Shown in pieces: positions 1 to 10,433 of a stretch of 64,000 nucleotides of DNA (position 1 is the first letter of the stretch; each line of letters opens with the position of its first letter). A program made the position numbers and the translations under genes. The notes below the pieces were generated by a model that saw only the letters and a list, made by a program, of their open reading frames with translations, was not told where the DNA came from and made no database searches. The DNA lies in NCBI GenBank assembly GCA_963752285.1, contig CAVVXN010000005.1, forward strand, positions 832,001 to 896,000. The letters are read 5' to 3'. The stretch is from an uncultured Planctomycetota bacterium (GTDB lineage Bacteria > Planctomycetota > PLA2 > JAEUHO01).

Positions 1-1803
1 CACGAGCTCGTTCACCGTGTAGGCCATCGAGTACTCGCGGTCGTCCGCGCCGAACCGCGCGCGGAACGCGGCGAGGTCGTGGGCCTGGACGGCCCGGCGC
101 ACGCGGTCCGAGACCGGCGCCGCGACGAGCGCCTGCATCGCGGCGATCGCGACCGCCGACTCGGGGTCGTCGAGACCCGCGAGGAGCGCGTCCAGGATGC
201 GACCGGGTTCCGTGCCGGCCGCGGGGTCGAGGTACGCGCCGAGCGACTCCGCCGCCCGGGACCGCAGGAACGGCGACGCGTCCGAGAAGAGCTCCAGGAG
301 CCGGTCGATGGCGCGCGGGTCGTCCACGAAGCCCAGCGCCCGCAGGATCTCCGCCCTGAGCACGGTGCTCTCGGCGACGTCGAGCGTCTGGAGCAGCACC
401 GGGGTGGCCGCCGGCCCGAGGAGCTCGCACGTCTCCTGCGCCATCTGCTGTTCGCCGGCCTGCCGCCCGCGGAGCTGCTCGACCATGCTCCGCGCGGCCG
501 CGCGGAGCTCGGGGTTCGTCTCGTCGAGCGCGCGCCCCACCGGCCAGCGCTCGTGACGGTGCCGGTCCCACCACCTCGTCAGCGCCTCGAACTCCTCCTG
601 ACGCTGGGGCAGGCCCGCGTCCGTGTTGTACCTCGGCGCGTCCTCGGGCAGGACGCGCCGGAGCGCGTCCCAGGCGTCCTGGAGCACCCGGATCCGGAAG
701 TTCGACTTCTTGGGGTCCAGCTTGTTGCGGATGAGCCACCCGATCGCGTTTCGCACGCCGAGGCGCAGGAGCGAGTCCGCCGCGGCGCAGTCCACCACGA
801 AGTAGTCGATGGTCGGCCACTGGTCGCCTGGGATCGTCGTCTCGCCTTCGCCGGGCCAGACCCACTGGTCGCGCGGCCGGAGGACGTCGCCGCGGTACGT
901 GATCTTGCGGCACAGCGGGATGACCGCGGCGGGATCGCCGAGGTCTCCGAGCGCGGTGGCGGCGGCCACCTGCAGCCACCCGTCGGGGGCATCGAGCGCG
1001 TCCAGGAGCGCGGGAGTCGCGCGATGGTCTCCGATGACGCCGAGCGCCACGGCGGCGCGACAGGCGCGGGGCCAGCGTCCGGGCGGGCCGTCGGGCCCGG
1101 TGGCACGGGACACCTCGACCGCGAGCGGTTCGACGGCCGCCGCGCCGAGCTTCACCAGACGGTCGAGGCCGTCCCGGGATCGGGTGACGTCGTCGCGCTC
1201 GGCCTCGTCGAGGGCCGCGGCCACCCCGCGCTGACCCTCGACGGCGCGGTGCAGGGCGGCCTGGTCGAGCGTCGCGATCGAGGCCCGCGTCGCCGCGTCC
1301 ACCAGCAGGTCTCGCTCGAGCGTCGCGCGCACGGCCGGGGAAGGCGGCCACGCGGCGGTCACCTCGTCGGCGACGTTCGGGGACCGACGGCCGACCAGGA
1401 GGCCCGCCGCGGCGTACGCCGAGGTCGCCGCGGGGTCCGACGTGCTCTCGAGCAGGGCGTCCACGCGCTCCACGGCGTCCTGCACCCGCTCGTCCGGAAG
1501 GAAGCCGGCGTCGCGGGCCCGCACGAGGAGCCAGAGCCCGGTCTCGGGGTCCACGGGAAGGAGGGAGAGGCCGGCCTCGAGGCCGGTCTCGGGGTCGCCG
1601 GAGGCCTTCCCCGCGAGCGCGCGCTGCGCCGCCGCGAGGCGCTCCGCGCGCGGGAGCGAGGACCGCAGGACCTCGCGCAGCGCGGAGTCGACGGACTCGG
1701 CGTCCGCCGTGTCTCCCTCGGCGCGGACGCCTGGGGGGAGCCCGGTAGCGAGGATTACCGCCGCCACACACCACGTCGTCCAGGAGATACGCTTCCAGTC
1801 CAT
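1..1803 (-). CDS. HEAT/PBS-lyase repeat exported protein (3' end runs off window)
   Basis: ATG at 1803 abuts the cca stop (1804-1806). Translation MDWKRISWTTWCVAAVILATGLPPGVRA (signal peptide-like), then HEAT-like segments such as ALLDALDAPDGWLQVAAATALGDLGDPAAVIPL. Frame appears open to the window edge. Confidence 0.75.
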   Translation of the reverse strand, partial: MDWKRISWTTWCVAAVILATGLPPGVRAEGDTADAESVDSALREVLRSSLPRAERLAAAQRALAGKASGDPETGLEAGLSLLPVDPETGLWLLVRARDAGFLPDERVQDAVERVDALLESTSDPAATSAYAAAGLLVGRRSPNVADEVTAAWPPSPAVRATLERDLLVDAATRASIATLDQAALHRAVEGQRGVAAALDEAERDDVTRSRDGLDRLVKLGAAAVEPLAVEVSRATGPDGPPGRWPRACRAAVALGVIGDHRATPALLDALDAPDGWLQVAAATALGDLGDPAAVIPLCRKITYRGDVLRPRDQWVWPGEGETTIPGDQWPTIDYFVVDCAAADSLLRLGVRNAIGWLIRNKLDPKKSNFRIRVLQDAWDALRRVLPEDAPRYNTDAGLPQRQEEFEALTRWWDRHRHERWPVGRALDETNPELRAAARSMVEQLRGRQAGEQQMAQETCELLGPAATPVLLQTLDVAESTVLRAEILRALGFVDDPRAIDRLLELFSDASPFLRSRAAESLGAYLDPAAGTEPGRILDALLAGLDDPESAVAIAAMQALVAAPVSDRVRRAVQAHDLAAFRARFGADDREYSMAYTVNELV

Positions 1804-3171
1804 TCACGCCTCGGGGGAATCGACGGGGAACTCGGCTCGCACGCGTCGTACCGCGTCCTCCAGGGTCGTGACCTCGCCCTCGAGCTGGAGGTCGCGCACC
1901 CACGAGAGGATCCGGCCGATCCGCGGTCCGGGCCGGTGACCCATCTCGATCAGGTGACGGCCCGTCAAGACCGGCGGAGGCAGGATCGGCTCGGCCGCGT
2001 ACCGGCGCCTCTCCTCCTCGACCCAGGCCACGAGCGAGGTGTCGCCGTGGCTCGCGCCGCAGTCCGCGGCGTGGAGCCTCAGGTGCAGGTCGATCTCCGG
2101 GACGGCGAGGAGGCGGCGCCGCTTCGCGGGTCGCATGTCGGGCAGGCTCGCGAGGCGCATGTGCGTCTTCACGAGCTCGGCGACGCGCTCGACCCGCTTG
2201 CGCGGCATGCGGAGCCGTTCGAGCACGGCCGTCGCCATCTCGGCTCCGAGCGCGTCGTGTCCCGAGAAGCGGATGCGCCCGTCGGGGTCCCGCGTGAGCG
2301 TCGGTGGCTTCGCGACGTCGTGCAGGAGCGCGGCGAGGAGCAGGTCGCCCCGCTCGTCCGGGTCGGAGAACCCCGACACGTCCGTGCCGTCGAGGACGAG
2401 GCACGTGTGCACGAAGACGTCGCCTTCCGGGTGGAACTGCGGGGGTTGCGGCACGCCGCGCATCGCGTCGATCTCGGGGAGCACGATCGAAAGGAGCCCC
2501 GCGTCGCGGAGCAGCCGGAGCGCCCGTCCCCGGCCCGGATCGAGCATCTTGAGGATCTCGTCGCGCACGCGTTCGTGGCTCACGGTCCCGACGAGCGGCG
2601 CGAGGCGCCGGATCGCCTCGCGGGTCCCGGGCTCGATCGCGAACCCGAGCTCTGCGGCGAAGCGCACCGCGCGCAGCATGCGCAGGTGGTCCTCCCGGAA
2701 GCGGGCCTCGGGATCGCCGATCGCGCGGACGAGCCGCGCCGCGAGGTCGGCGCGGCCCCCGACGTAGTCGAGGACCTCGCCCGTCTCGGGCTCCTCGAAG
2801 AGCCCATTGACGGTGAAGTCGCGACGCCGTGCGTCCCGCTCGGGGTCGGAGTAGCGAACCGTCGCCGGCCGACGGCCGTCCACGTACAGACCGTCGTCGC
2901 GGAACGTGGCCACCTCGACGTCGTGACGCTCGTGCGGCACGACGACGACGCCGAACCGCGCGCCGACCATCACGCCGCGGGGGAAGAGCCGCTTCACCTC
3001 TTCCGGGGGCGCCGACGTCGCCACGTCGTAGTCGCCGGGCCGACGGCCGAGCAGGCGGTCGCGCACCGCGCCCCCGCAGAAGAGGGCGCGGTGTCCAGCG
3101 GCGGCCAGGGTTCGCGCCACGGCGAGGGCGACCGCCCGGGCCTCGTCCTCGGGAGACGTCGGGCGGGGCAT
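1804..3171 (-). CDS. cca: CCA tRNA nucleotidyltransferase with HD domain
   Basis: GGAVRD..DYDVAT, RRDFTVN and EDHLRMLRAVRF motifs; HD domain (HPEGDVFVHT, LLHDVAKP). Confidence 0.93.
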   Translation of the reverse strand: MPRPTSPEDEARAVALAVARTLAAAGHRALFCGGAVRDRLLGRRPGDYDVATSAPPEEVKRLFPRGVMVGARFGVVVVPHERHDVEVATFRDDGLYVDGRRPATVRYSDPERDARRRDFTVNGLFEEPETGEVLDYVGGRADLAARLVRAIGDPEARFREDHLRMLRAVRFAAELGFAIEPGTREAIRRLAPLVGTVSHERVRDEILKMLDPGRGRALRLLRDAGLLSIVLPEIDAMRGVPQPPQFHPEGDVFVHTCLVLDGTDVSGFSDPDERGDLLLAALLHDVAKPPTLTRDPDGRIRFSGHDALGAEMATAVLERLRMPRKRVERVAELVKTHMRLASLPDMRPAKRRRLLAVPEIDLHLRLHAADCGASHGDTSLVAWVEEERRRYAAEPILPPPVLTGRHLIEMGHRPGPRIGRILSWVRDLQLEGEVTTLEDAVRRVRAEFPVDSPEA

Positions 3172-3183
3172 CGGGGGCGGATT

Positions 3184-5373
3184 CTACGTCCGCTCGGCGC
3201 GGCGCTTCCGCCGCTTCGCCACGACGTCCCGAAGCCGCTCCAGGTGGGCCCAGGCCGCCTGGGTCGACCCGGCGTCGAGCGCACGGCTCGCGTAGCGGAC
3301 GAGCTCGTGGGCCTTCGTGACCTCCAGGAGGTCCGGCCGGGCCTCCGGGGCCCACGTCGTCACCTCGGTCAGGAACTCGCGCGGGGTGACCGCGCGGCGC
3401 CGGACGAGCCCGGCCGACGCGAGGGCCCGGAGGGCCTCGCGATACGGCTCGCGCGGCGCGTGGGCCCCCGCCGGGGCGTGCCGCGCGACGTAGGACCGCC
3501 GCGCGCGGCTTCCGAGACCGAGGAGGAACAGGAGGATCACCGCGGCGAACACCGGGCGTGGGCCGCTCAGCAGGAAGCTCACCGGCGCCGCGATCCACGA
3601 CGACACCGACGCCACGACGCGCCGGACCACCTCGCGGGGGTCGAAGCCGAGGAGCCTGCGGAGCCAGTCGCCCTCGGGCGCCCTCTCCGGCCCCTCGGGG
3701 TTCTCGGCAGCCTGCGTCCGCGTCGCGTCCGCGGCGTTCATGTCGGCCGGCGTCGGGTCGAGCGGGATCCAGCCGGGTCCCTCCAGGTACATCTCGGTCC
3801 ACGCGTGGTAGTTGCTGCCACGGACGACCCACGTGTCGCGCGCCATCTCCTGCTGGTCGCCGCCCCGGAATCCGCGTACGACGCGCGACGGGTGTCCGAG
3901 CGCGCGGAGCATCAGGGTCAGGGCGGCGGCGAAGTACTCGCAGTGGCCGCGGCGCGCGGAGAGCACGAAGTCCACGACGGGCGTCCGCGAGTCCACGCGC
4001 GGCATCTCGAGCGTGTACGTGAAGTCCGGGCCCTGGAGCCAGCTCGAGAGGAGCACCGCCCGGCGCCACGGGTTCGTCTCGCTCCCCACCACGCGCCGCG
4101 CGACCTGGACCAGCGGCCGGCACGACGCCGGGAGCGCCAGGTAGGACGGGCGCGGCGCCACGCCCGCGTCCGAACGCGCGCGAACGAGGGCCGCGGGGTC
4201 CGTCACCGGCGGGACGACGCGGAGGTCGATGCGATCGTCCACGCGAAGCATCGACGTGGAGTCCACCTGTTCGTTGTCGAGCCGCCGGAGCGTCGTCGCG
4301 AGCGGCACGCCGTCGCGGAGGACGCGGAGCCGGACCACGTCGCGTTGGAGGTAGAGGCGGTGGATGTCGCCCCGCACGAGGAGGATCCGTGCGTCGTACC
4401 CACGGAGCGTGTCGTCGGGCTTCCCGAGGTCGAACCAACCGCCGCCGGCGGAGGCGATGCGCTCGGGCGCGCGCACACCCGCGCCGGTCGCGCTGGTCCA
4501 CGTGCCGTCCCGGTACACGTCGTACGTGTTCTCCCGCAGGAACGGCGTGCGGCCCGGGGGGAGGCGCATGAGGAAGTAGGGGTTCAGGTCGAGCTTGATG
4601 CGCCCGACGTCCCCGAGTCGGATGCCCTTCGATCCCTCATCCGGCCCCGTGCGGTCCCCCGCACCCCGGTCCGGGCCGGGATCGCCTCCGTCGTCGCCGG
4701 CGGCGCCGGCGCGCGCGCCGCCGGCGAAGGGCAGGTGCCGCGGGGTCACGACCCACAGCAGCCCGCCGACGACGAACCCGAAGAGCGAGAGCCCGACGAG
4801 CGCCCGTACGTACGCCCCCACCGGGACGGCCGCCGGGTCGCCGGCGCGTACGTGGCGCCAGCCAGGGCCCGCCGGACGCATGTCCTCGACCGACATGCGG
4901 CGTTCGAAGAGGAGCGCCGCCGCGAGGAGCGCGAAGAGCGCGAGGACCGTCAGGCCGAGACCGGCCGCGTCGTCGGCGACGAAGGCCGCGCCCGTGACCT
5001 GCGTCGTCGAGAGGAGCAGGGTCAGGAACGTCGCGAAGGGCGATTGCGCCTCCGCGAGGAGCACCGCTTCGCCGATCGCGAGGAGCACGAGCAGGCCCGC
5101 GAGCGGCGGGAGAAGGGTGCGCGTCATCGCGGCGAGCACGAGGAAGCCCGCGAGAGCCGCCAGGGCGCGGAGGGCGACGCGGACGCGCCACGGGGCGAGC
5201 GCCTGGCCGCCGGCCCCCCGCAGGGTGCGCCACGCCCCGACGAGCACGAGCGCCGCGCCGACCTGCCACGGGAACCCGGGCACGCGCAGCGTCGGGAGCA
5301 CGCTCACGAGCGCGAGCACGCCCAACATGGCGTGCACGCTCGGCGCCCGCCGGCGGGTTCGGGCCCTGGTCAC
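3184..5373 (-). CDS. Membrane transglutaminase-like protein (DUF3488/TgpA type)
   Basis: N-terminal TM helices; catalytic GHCEYFA, HAWTE and WIPLDPTP motifs; GTG start overlaps the DUF58 stop (GTGA). Confidence 0.88.
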   Translation of the reverse strand: MTRARTRRRAPSVHAMLGVLALVSVLPTLRVPGFPWQVGAALVLVGAWRTLRGAGGQALAPWRVRVALRALAALAGFLVLAAMTRTLLPPLAGLLVLLAIGEAVLLAEAQSPFATFLTLLLSTTQVTGAAFVADDAAGLGLTVLALFALLAAALLFERRMSVEDMRPAGPGWRHVRAGDPAAVPVGAYVRALVGLSLFGFVVGGLLWVVTPRHLPFAGGARAGAAGDDGGDPGPDRGAGDRTGPDEGSKGIRLGDVGRIKLDLNPYFLMRLPPGRTPFLRENTYDVYRDGTWTSATGAGVRAPERIASAGGGWFDLGKPDDTLRGYDARILLVRGDIHRLYLQRDVVRLRVLRDGVPLATTLRRLDNEQVDSTSMLRVDDRIDLRVVPPVTDPAALVRARSDAGVAPRPSYLALPASCRPLVQVARRVVGSETNPWRRAVLLSSWLQGPDFTYTLEMPRVDSRTPVVDFVLSARRGHCEYFAAALTLMLRALGHPSRVVRGFRGGDQQEMARDTWVVRGSNYHAWTEMYLEGPGWIPLDPTPADMNAADATRTQAAENPEGPERAPEGDWLRRLLGFDPREVVRRVVASVSSWIAAPVSFLLSGPRPVFAAVILLFLLGLGSRARRSYVARHAPAGAHAPREPYREALRALASAGLVRRRAVTPREFLTEVTTWAPEARPDLLEVTKAHELVRYASRALDAGSTQAAWAHLERLRDVVAKRRKRRAERT

Positions 5374-6539
5374 GGGAGGCCCCGCACGTAGCGGCGGACC
5401 ACCGGCTGGTCGGCACGGAGGAAGAGGCCCGTCCCCTCCCGGCCGGCCGCCTCGTCGAGACGACGCTCCACGCCGGGCTCGGGCCCGGTCGCCACGTACA
5501 CCACGACGCGGTGGCCGGACCGGCGTCCGAGCAGACGCAGCGCGGCGCGCGGGCGACGGCCCCCCTGGGGGCGGACCTCGGCGAGCGCGTCGAGGTCGGC
5601 GCCGAGCATGGCGCGGCTGCGTGTGTCCACGCGGTCGCCGGTCCGCCCGAGGTACAGGCGCGCGCGCAGGCCGTGCTGGGCGGCGGCCCTCAACACGGTC
5701 GCCGAGACGCTCACCGCGCGTTCGAAGTCGCCGGCGGCGCTCGGCCCCACGCCCGCGCCGCGCCCCAGGATCACGACGACCTCGCGTCCCTCCTCGCGAT
5801 GCCACTCGGCCACGGCCAGGGACCCGAGCCGCGCGGTCGTCCGCCAGTGGATGCGCCGCGGGTCGTCCCCCTCGCGATACTCGCGAACGCCGTGGAACAC
5901 GTCGTCCCCGACGAGCCGCGCACTCGGCCGATGGTCGGCGTGGAGGCGTCCCCGGAGCAGGTCCCGCAGGCGTGGCGTCGGGCGCCCCTCGCGCGGGCGG
6001 ACGAGGATCTCGCCGCCCTCCAAAGCGCGGTGCTCGGCGCGGTACAGTCCGAGCGGCCAGCGGCTGTGGACGAGCGGCGGCGTCACGTGGACGCGCCCGC
6101 GGCGCGTCGGCTCGACGGGGACGGTTCCCACGACCCGGCCGCCGGGCGGGAGCGGGGCCACCGAGACACGGAGGCCCTGGGGGCGGGCCCCGGGGGGCAT
6201 CCGGTCCTCTACCGTCAGGCCGATCGCCGTGGTCCGCCCCGCGTTCCGGATCTCGTACTCGAGCCGCGCCGCGACACCGACGCGCCCCCGGGCGGGCACG
6301 ACCCGCGTCACCTCGACGCCCCGCAGGTTCCTACGGGCGAGGCGACGGGTGCCGAAGATCGTCGCGAGCGAGACCGCGCCCACCAGGAACACGAGGTCCT
6401 CGCCGAGGAGGAGGGCGGCGACCGAGAAGGCGAGGACGAAGAGTCCCAGGACCCGCCCCTCGAAGGAGAGCCCCAGCGCGTGCTCCCCGGGCGGCAGCGC
6501 GCGTCCCGCGGTGCGCGACGGGGTGAGCGCGGTTCTCAC
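5370..6539 (-). CDS. DUF58 domain-containing protein
   Basis: GVREYREGDDPRRIHWRTTAR signature; two N-terminal TM segments; start GTG 6539 inferred from an upstream TATACT. Confidence 0.88.
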   Translation of the reverse strand: MRTALTPSRTAGRALPPGEHALGLSFEGRVLGLFVLAFSVAALLLGEDLVFLVGAVSLATIFGTRRLARRNLRGVEVTRVVPARGRVGVAARLEYEIRNAGRTTAIGLTVEDRMPPGARPQGLRVSVAPLPPGGRVVGTVPVEPTRRGRVHVTPPLVHSRWPLGLYRAEHRALEGGEILVRPREGRPTPRLRDLLRGRLHADHRPSARLVGDDVFHGVREYREGDDPRRIHWRTTARLGSLAVAEWHREEGREVVVILGRGAGVGPSAAGDFERAVSVSATVLRAAAQHGLRARLYLGRTGDRVDTRSRAMLGADLDALAEVRPQGGRRPRAALRLLGRRSGHRVVVYVATGPEPGVERRLDEAAGREGTGLFLRADQPVVRRYVRGLP

Positions 6540-6559
6540 GGTGGGAGTATACGGAGGCC

Positions 6560-7246
6560 GTGCCGCCCGCGCCCGAAGCCCCCCCCGCCCCGACGCCCGT
6601 CCCCCCCGCGGGCGCGCGCGCGGCGCGACGGGCGCTCGGGAAGCGGCGCGAGCGGGCCTGGCCCTACCTCGTGGTCGTCGCGGCTGCGGCCGCCGCGATC
6701 GTCTGGCCGCTGGTGCGGGAGTCGCGGCGGGCCCACGCGATGATCGAGCGCGAGCACGAGGCGCTCGCGGCGCTCGACCGGGTGGCGGCCGCGGAGGAAT
6801 CACTGCGCGAGGCCACGGGGCGCTACGGCTGGGTCGAGGACCTCGAGCGGTCGGGGCGCCTCGGCGGCCTCCGGGTTGCCGGACCGGATGCGGGGCGGTA
6901 CGTGGCGAGCCCGGGCTACCGGGTGGACGTGCTCCTCCCGTGGGGGCGTCTCGGAGGGCGCGGCATCGGACTCGTGCCGAGGGGCGGCGCGCACCCGCCG
7001 GACGACGACCTCTCGACGTCGCACTTCGCGGTCGTCGCCCGTCCGCTCGAGCCGGGCACGTCGGGATGGCGCGCCTTCTACATGGACGAGGAAGCGGTGC
7101 TCTTCCTGAACGAGGGCGTGACCGACGCCGACAGCGCGGCGCTGAACCCGCTCCCCGAGACGAAGGTGCACGCGTCCCAGCCGATGCAGAGCGGCCGCGC
7201 GCTGCTCTGGCAGCGGGCCGACGAGGCCGTCCCCTCCGACGACTGA
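6560..7246 (+). CDS. Hypothetical membrane-anchored protein (pilin/DUF2950-like C-terminal motif)
   Basis: Single TM (WPYLVVVAAAAAAIVWPLV); C-terminal FAVVARPLEPGTSGWRAFYMDE resembles pseudopilin/DUF2950-like motifs (inference). Confidence 0.6.
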   Translation: MPPAPEAPPAPTPVPPAGARAARRALGKRRERAWPYLVVVAAAAAAIVWPLVRESRRAHAMIEREHEALAALDRVAAAEESLREATGRYGWVEDLERSGRLGGLRVAGPDAGRYVASPGYRVDVLLPWGRLGGRGIGLVPRGGAHPPDDDLSTSHFAVVARPLEPGTSGWRAFYMDEEAVLFLNEGVTDADSAALNPLPETKVHASQPMQSGRALLWQRADEAVPSDD

Positions 7247-7261
7247 CCGCGGACGACGCCC

Positions 7262-8287
7262 TCAGTCCGCGAAGCGCACGCCCTCGCCCGCCTCGATCCG
7301 ACCCGCGATCCAGGCCTCCTCACCGGCGTCCCGGAGCGCGCCGACCGCCCGCTCGGCCTCCTCCGCTGGGACGACGACGAACAGGCCGAGGCCCATGTTG
7401 AACACCCGCCACGCCTCTTCGCGGTCGATCGGTCCGGCCCCGAGGAGCCACGTGAACACGGGGTTCGGGGTCCAGGCGCTCCGATCCACCACCGCGCCGA
7501 GGCCCGGCGGGAGCACGCGCGGGAGGTTCTCGCGGATCCCTCCGCCCGTCACGTGCGCGATCGCGTGGACGGGGACCGAGTCCCGGAGCCGGAGCACGGG
7601 CCGCAGGTACGAGCGGTGCGGCCGGAGGAGCGCGCTCGCCAGGCTCTCGCCGAGGAGCTCCGGGCTCCCGTCGAGGTCGGGGCCGTCGCGATCGAGGATC
7701 GCGTTCGCGAGCGAGTAGCCGTTGGTGTGGAGGCCGTCGGACCGGACGCCGACGAGCGCGTCGCCCGCGGCGACACCCTTCGGCCAGAGCCGCGCGCGGT
7801 CCACGACCCCCACCAGGAAGCCCACGATGTCCACCTCGCCCGCGGCGTAGGTGCCCGGCATCTCGGCCGTCTCGCCGCCGAGCAGCGCGGCGCCCGCCGC
7901 GCGGCAGGCCTCGACGATGCCGGCGAGCAGCTCCTCCAGGACCGCCGACTCCAGGCGGCTCGCCGCGAAGTAGTCGAGGAAGAAGAGCGGCTCCGCTCCC
8001 TGCACGAGGACGTCGTTCACGCAGTGGTTCACGATGTCGTGCCCGAGCCCGCGTACCCGGCCGGCCCGAAGCGCGAGCCGGACCTTCGTGCCGACGCCGT
8101 CGTTCGTGGCGACGAGGACGGGATCCTCGAAGCCGTCGAACCGCGCGGCGAAGAGGCCGCCGAACGCGCCCGGCTCGTGCAGGACGCGCGGCGTGAAGGT
8201 GCTCTTCACCAGGCCGGCGACGCGGCGGAGGCTCCCCTGCTTCCGATCGATGTCCACGCCCGCGTCGCCGTACGTGATCTCGCCCAT
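7262..8287 (-). CDS. purM: Phosphoribosylformylglycinamidine cyclo-ligase
   Basis: TYGDAGVDI, DGVGTK, GAEPLFFLDY, GGETAEMPG, GLHTNGYSL, HVTGGG and FNMGLG motifs. Confidence 0.96.
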   Translation of the reverse strand: MGEITYGDAGVDIDRKQGSLRRVAGLVKSTFTPRVLHEPGAFGGLFAARFDGFEDPVLVATNDGVGTKVRLALRAGRVRGLGHDIVNHCVNDVLVQGAEPLFFLDYFAASRLESAVLEELLAGIVEACRAAGAALLGGETAEMPGTYAAGEVDIVGFLVGVVDRARLWPKGVAAGDALVGVRSDGLHTNGYSLANAILDRDGPDLDGSPELLGESLASALLRPHRSYLRPVLRLRDSVPVHAIAHVTGGGIRENLPRVLPPGLGAVVDRSAWTPNPVFTWLLGAGPIDREEAWRVFNMGLGLFVVVPAEEAERAVGALRDAGEEAWIAGRIEAGEGVRFAD

Positions 8288-8477
8288 CGTGCGCTCCCAT
8301 CGGCCGCGGGGGCGTCGGCCCGCCGGACGCGGCTCGGCGCGGATCGACCCCGGAAGGGTCGGCATCGTACCGCCCCGGGGCCCGCGCCCGGGGGAACGGG
8401 TATGGTGAGCGCCAAGGTCGCCCGGCGGCGCCCGCAGTCCTTCGTTCCGGGCGGACGCCCGCCTCCGAGGGCCCCTC

Positions 8478-10424
8478 ATGGCAGCACTCTTCCCCCCCGT
8501 CCTCGCCTCGGTGGGATCCGTGTCCCTCTCGATCGTCGGCGTGGGGTTCCTGATCTTCGTCCACGAGCTCGGCCACTACCTCGCGTGCCGCGCGACGCGC
8601 ACCCGGGTCGAGACCTTCTCGATCGGGTTCGGGACGCGCCTCTTCGGCTGGGAGAACCTGCCGGGGCAGCCGCGCCGGTTCACGGTGGGACGCCGCCGTC
8701 TCGACCCCGCGGACCACGCGATGGACTTCCGCGTGGCGCTGATCCCGCTCGGGGGCTACGTCAAGATGGCGGGCGAGAACCCCGGCGAGGCGCGGTCGGG
8801 CGCGCCCGACGAGTTCCCGAGCAAGCCCGCGCTCGCGCGCGTGTTCATCGCCTCGGCCGGCGTGATCATGAACGTGATCACCGCGGCGGTCCTCTACTTC
8901 GTCGCCTTCTCGGCCCACGTCCCGCAGCAGCCCGCCGTCGTCGGCGCGACGGTGAAGGGCGGCCCCGCCTGGCAGGCCGGCATCGAGCCCGGCGACCGGG
9001 TCCTCGCGCTCGGCGGCGCCCGCCTCGACTCCTTCCTCGACCTGCGGATGGAGACCGTCTTCCTGGATCGCGACCGGTCCGCCCCGGTGGAGATCGACCG
9101 CCAGGGCGTCCGCAAGACGCTCCAGGTCGTGCCGCGGTACGACGAGGAAGCCGGCGCCGTCCAGCTCCAGGTCGCGCCCGCGGTGGAGCTGCATCTCACG
9201 TCCGGGTCGAAGACGCTCGAGATCGGCGGGACGGAGGCCGCCCAGGTGGCCGGGATTCCCGTCCACGGCGGACGCGAGGCCATGTCCGTGATGATCGACG
9301 CCTGGTCGGCGAGGCCCGGCCAGCCCATCCCGATCGAGAAGTCGGACGGGTCGTCGATCGAGTTCGCCTTCGCGCCCGCGGACCCCGGGCCCAAGGAGGA
9401 CGCGTCGTACAAGCTCGGCATCGAGGCGTACGGCTCGCCCGTCGTGGAACAGGTCCGGGCCGCGGCCGCGAAGGCCGGGATCGAGCCGGGGGACGAGATC
9501 CGCGCGGTCGTCACCGCCGCGGGCCGGCATCCGGTGGACCGCTCCGGCGCCCTCGCCGAGCTCCCTTTCGGCGCGCCGATCCGCGGCGTGGTCGTCGCGC
9601 GCAAGGACCCGGCGCGGGAGATCGTGCTCCCGGTGGACCTCGCGACGCCGGCCGCGGCGCGCGCGTTCTTCGAGGACGTCGCGGTGGTCCCGCTCGACGG
9701 GACGGCGGTCGCGCCGGTCCCCCCGGGTCTCGTGACGCCGTACGTCGCCTCGGGTTCGCTCGCGCGCTATCCGTCGTCGCCCGCGACCGAGGCCGGCATC
9801 CGGAGCGGTGAACGGATCGTCGCCATCGCGGGCGCGCCGGTCGGCTCCTGGAAGGACATCCTGGCCAAGCTCGGGACGCTCCGGTCCGCGGCGCCGATCT
9901 CCGTCGAGGTCGAGAGCGTGGACGGCGTGAAGCGGACCCTCGACGTGACCCCCGTCGCCATCGAGCCGATCGCGCCCGGGACCTTCACGTCCACCATGCT
10001 TCAGGTGCCGTTCGAGGCGCACGGCGCGGTGCACGCCGGCGTCCTCGCGATCGGCCGCGCCGGTCGGGAGATCGCGAGCATCTTCCGCATGATCGGCGCG
10101 TTCTTCACGGGCAACGTCTCGTTCCGGCGCAACGTGGCGGGCCCCGGGACGATCGTGAACGTGAGCGCCGGCTACGCCGAGAGCAGCCTCCTCACGTGGT
10201 TCCTCTTCCTCGCGTACATCAGCATCACGCTGGCCGTCCTGAACGTCCTCCCCGTCCCGCCCCTCGACGGGGGTCTCCTCCTCTTCATCGCGATCGAGAA
10301 GATCAAGGGCTCGCCGCTCAAGGAGGAGGTGATGGGCCGGCTCCAGTTCGTGGGCCTGATGCTGCTCCTGGTGCTGATGTTCTTCGCCTTCAAGAACGAC
10401 TTCACGAACCTGACGTCGCACTGA
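8478..10424 (+). CDS. rseP: RIP metalloprotease RseP (site-2 protease with multiple PDZ domains)
   Basis: HELGH, IPLGGYVKM and NVLPVPPLDGG motifs; PDZ-like repeats (PAWQAGIEPGDRV, AAKAGIEPGDEI, PATEAGIRSGERI). Confidence 0.93.
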   Translation: MAALFPPVLASVGSVSLSIVGVGFLIFVHELGHYLACRATRTRVETFSIGFGTRLFGWENLPGQPRRFTVGRRRLDPADHAMDFRVALIPLGGYVKMAGENPGEARSGAPDEFPSKPALARVFIASAGVIMNVITAAVLYFVAFSAHVPQQPAVVGATVKGGPAWQAGIEPGDRVLALGGARLDSFLDLRMETVFLDRDRSAPVEIDRQGVRKTLQVVPRYDEEAGAVQLQVAPAVELHLTSGSKTLEIGGTEAAQVAGIPVHGGREAMSVMIDAWSARPGQPIPIEKSDGSSIEFAFAPADPGPKEDASYKLGIEAYGSPVVEQVRAAAAKAGIEPGDEIRAVVTAAGRHPVDRSGALAELPFGAPIRGVVVARKDPAREIVLPVDLATPAAARAFFEDVAVVPLDGTAVAPVPPGLVTPYVASGSLARYPSSPATEAGIRSGERIVAIAGAPVGSWKDILAKLGTLRSAAPISVEVESVDGVKRTLDVTPVAIEPIAPGTFTSTMLQVPFEAHGAVHAGVLAIGRAGREIASIFRMIGAFFTGNVSFRRNVAGPGTIVNVSAGYAESSLLTWFLFLAYISITLAVLNVLPVPPLDGGLLLFIAIEKIKGSPLKEEVMGRLQFVGLMLLLVLMFFAFKNDFTNLTSH

Positions 10425-10433
10425 GACATCGGC

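Noticed and set aside
79..5391. Very long ORFs such as 79..5391 +, 33398..38689 +, 7320..11126 -, 41531..45319 + and 58398..61952 +
   Set aside because: Antisense or off-frame shadows of real genes caused by extreme GC content; Arg/Gly/Pro-rich with no family motifs
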